DNA from: a virus
Lineage: Duplodnaviria > Caudoviricetes
DNA length: 45,086 nucleotides
IMG/VR virus record: IMGVR_UViG_3300037991_004194
Coordinates: 1 to 45,086 of that record
Reading direction: 5' to 3' (one strand)
Every line of letters starts with the position of its first letter. The first letter of the stretch is position 1. Both the position numbers and the translations under genes were made by a program. The notes below the pieces were generated by a model. The model worked only from the letters and a program-made list of their open reading frames with translations. It ran no database searches and had not been told where the DNA came from. Positions 44,617 through 45,086 of this stretch are shown in pieces.

Positions 44617-44822
44617 CTAACCCCCCGTTCCATGAGTTAGTTGCCTGCGTCCATATGTGATTCTAAAACAATCTTCGTAAACTCTGTTTCAAGATACATT
44701 ATATCCATTTGTTCTTGTGGATGACCACCGGACCATTGCTGTTTATACAGACGTAATGCTTCTCTAATTATCAGAGCATGTTCAGAATTGAGTTTAATTT
44801 CATACATGGATGAACGTACGGC
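44617..44822 (-). promoter_or_regulatory. Glutamine-II (Downstream-peptide)-type riboswitch with an expanded variable stem
   Basis: 5' CGUUCAUCC ... GGACGCA, then hairpin CUAACUC-AUGGAACGGG-GGGUUAG whose loop GAACG can pseudoknot with CGUUC; lies directly upstream of a YRG peptide. Confidence 0.8.
44637..44807 (-). CDS. 56-aa ORF nested inside the riboswitch
   Basis: MYEIKLNSEHALIIREALRLYKQQWSGGHPQEQMDIMYLETEFTKIVLESHMDAGN; the two differences from the copy at 1-109 are both synonymous. Confidence 0.75.
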   Translation of the reverse strand: MYEIKLNSEHALIIREALRLYKQQWSGGHPQEQMDIMYLETEFTKIVLESHMDAGN

Positions 44823-44940
44823 GAGGTTAGAAGAATCCAGGAATCAATTGACCAGTCAAAGCGTAGGCACCAATAGCGGCGACTACACCAAGCATTGCTA
44901 GACGACCGTTCAATAGTTCAGCGTTTTGTTGGTTGTAATT
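44699..44940. repeat. Terminal overlap, copy 2
   Basis: Offset 44698 from position 1. Confidence 0.95.
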
Positions 44941-44943
44941 CAT
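44827..44943 (-). CDS. hli: High-light-inducible protein (Hli), second allele, 38 aa
   Basis: MNYNQQNAELLNGRLAMLGVVAAIGAYALTGQLIPGFF. Confidence 0.93.
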   Translation of the reverse strand: MNYNQQNAELLNGRLAMLGVVAAIGAYALTGQLIPGFF

Positions 44944-45086
44944 TTCTTTTTGGCAGTCTTAGCAGCTCTTTTAAAATTTGCATTTGTAGGCGCACCTTTG
45001 ACACCGGGCCTTCTCATCTTTTCACCACTTCCAGCGGCAATTCTTTTTCTTTTTGCATGAATGTTGGCATACAAGCCAGGTCTTTT
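44940..45086 (-). CDS. Small basic protein, 5'-truncated homologue of 384..539
   Basis: KRPGLYANIHAKRKRIAAGSGEKMRRPGVKGAPTNANFKRAAKTAKKK*; ATGA overlap with hli. Confidence 0.8.
   Translation of the reverse strand, partial: KRPGLYANIHAKRKRIAAGSGEKMRRPGVKGAPTNANFKRAAKTAKKK

Overview
The window is an essentially complete, circularly permuted genome of a T7-like cyanophage (Autographiviridae-type podovirus). The unit length is about 44.7 kb, because position 1 recurs at 44699. Almost all genes are on the minus strand. In transcription order, starting from the non-coding end region (~19.1-20.35 kb), the genes are: early genes (Ocr-like, HTH, tyrosine integrase), single-subunit RNA polymerase, SSB, endonuclease I, primase-helicase, a frame-split DNA polymerase, exonuclease, nblA, gp1.7-like, MazG-like, ribonucleotide reductase alpha and beta, portal, scaffold, small basic proteins, hli, major capsid, tail tube and internal virion proteins, tail fibre and spike, holin-like, small terminase, HNH genes and large terminase. 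No psbA, talC, tRNA or CRISPR array was seen. The most unusual content is RNA/DNA structure that the ORF track misses: (1) a glutamine-II (Downstream-peptide)-type riboswitch upstream of a DUF4278-like peptide, whose variable stem encloses a complete 56-codon ORF; (2) two ORF-less group I introns, one splitting the major capsid gene and one splitting the RNR beta gene inside its D-E-x-x-H metal-ligand motif; (3) an att-like locus and 24-bp repeats around an atypical integrase; (4) two co-varying tandem-GA hairpins in the genome-end region. All calls are by eye, without database searches.
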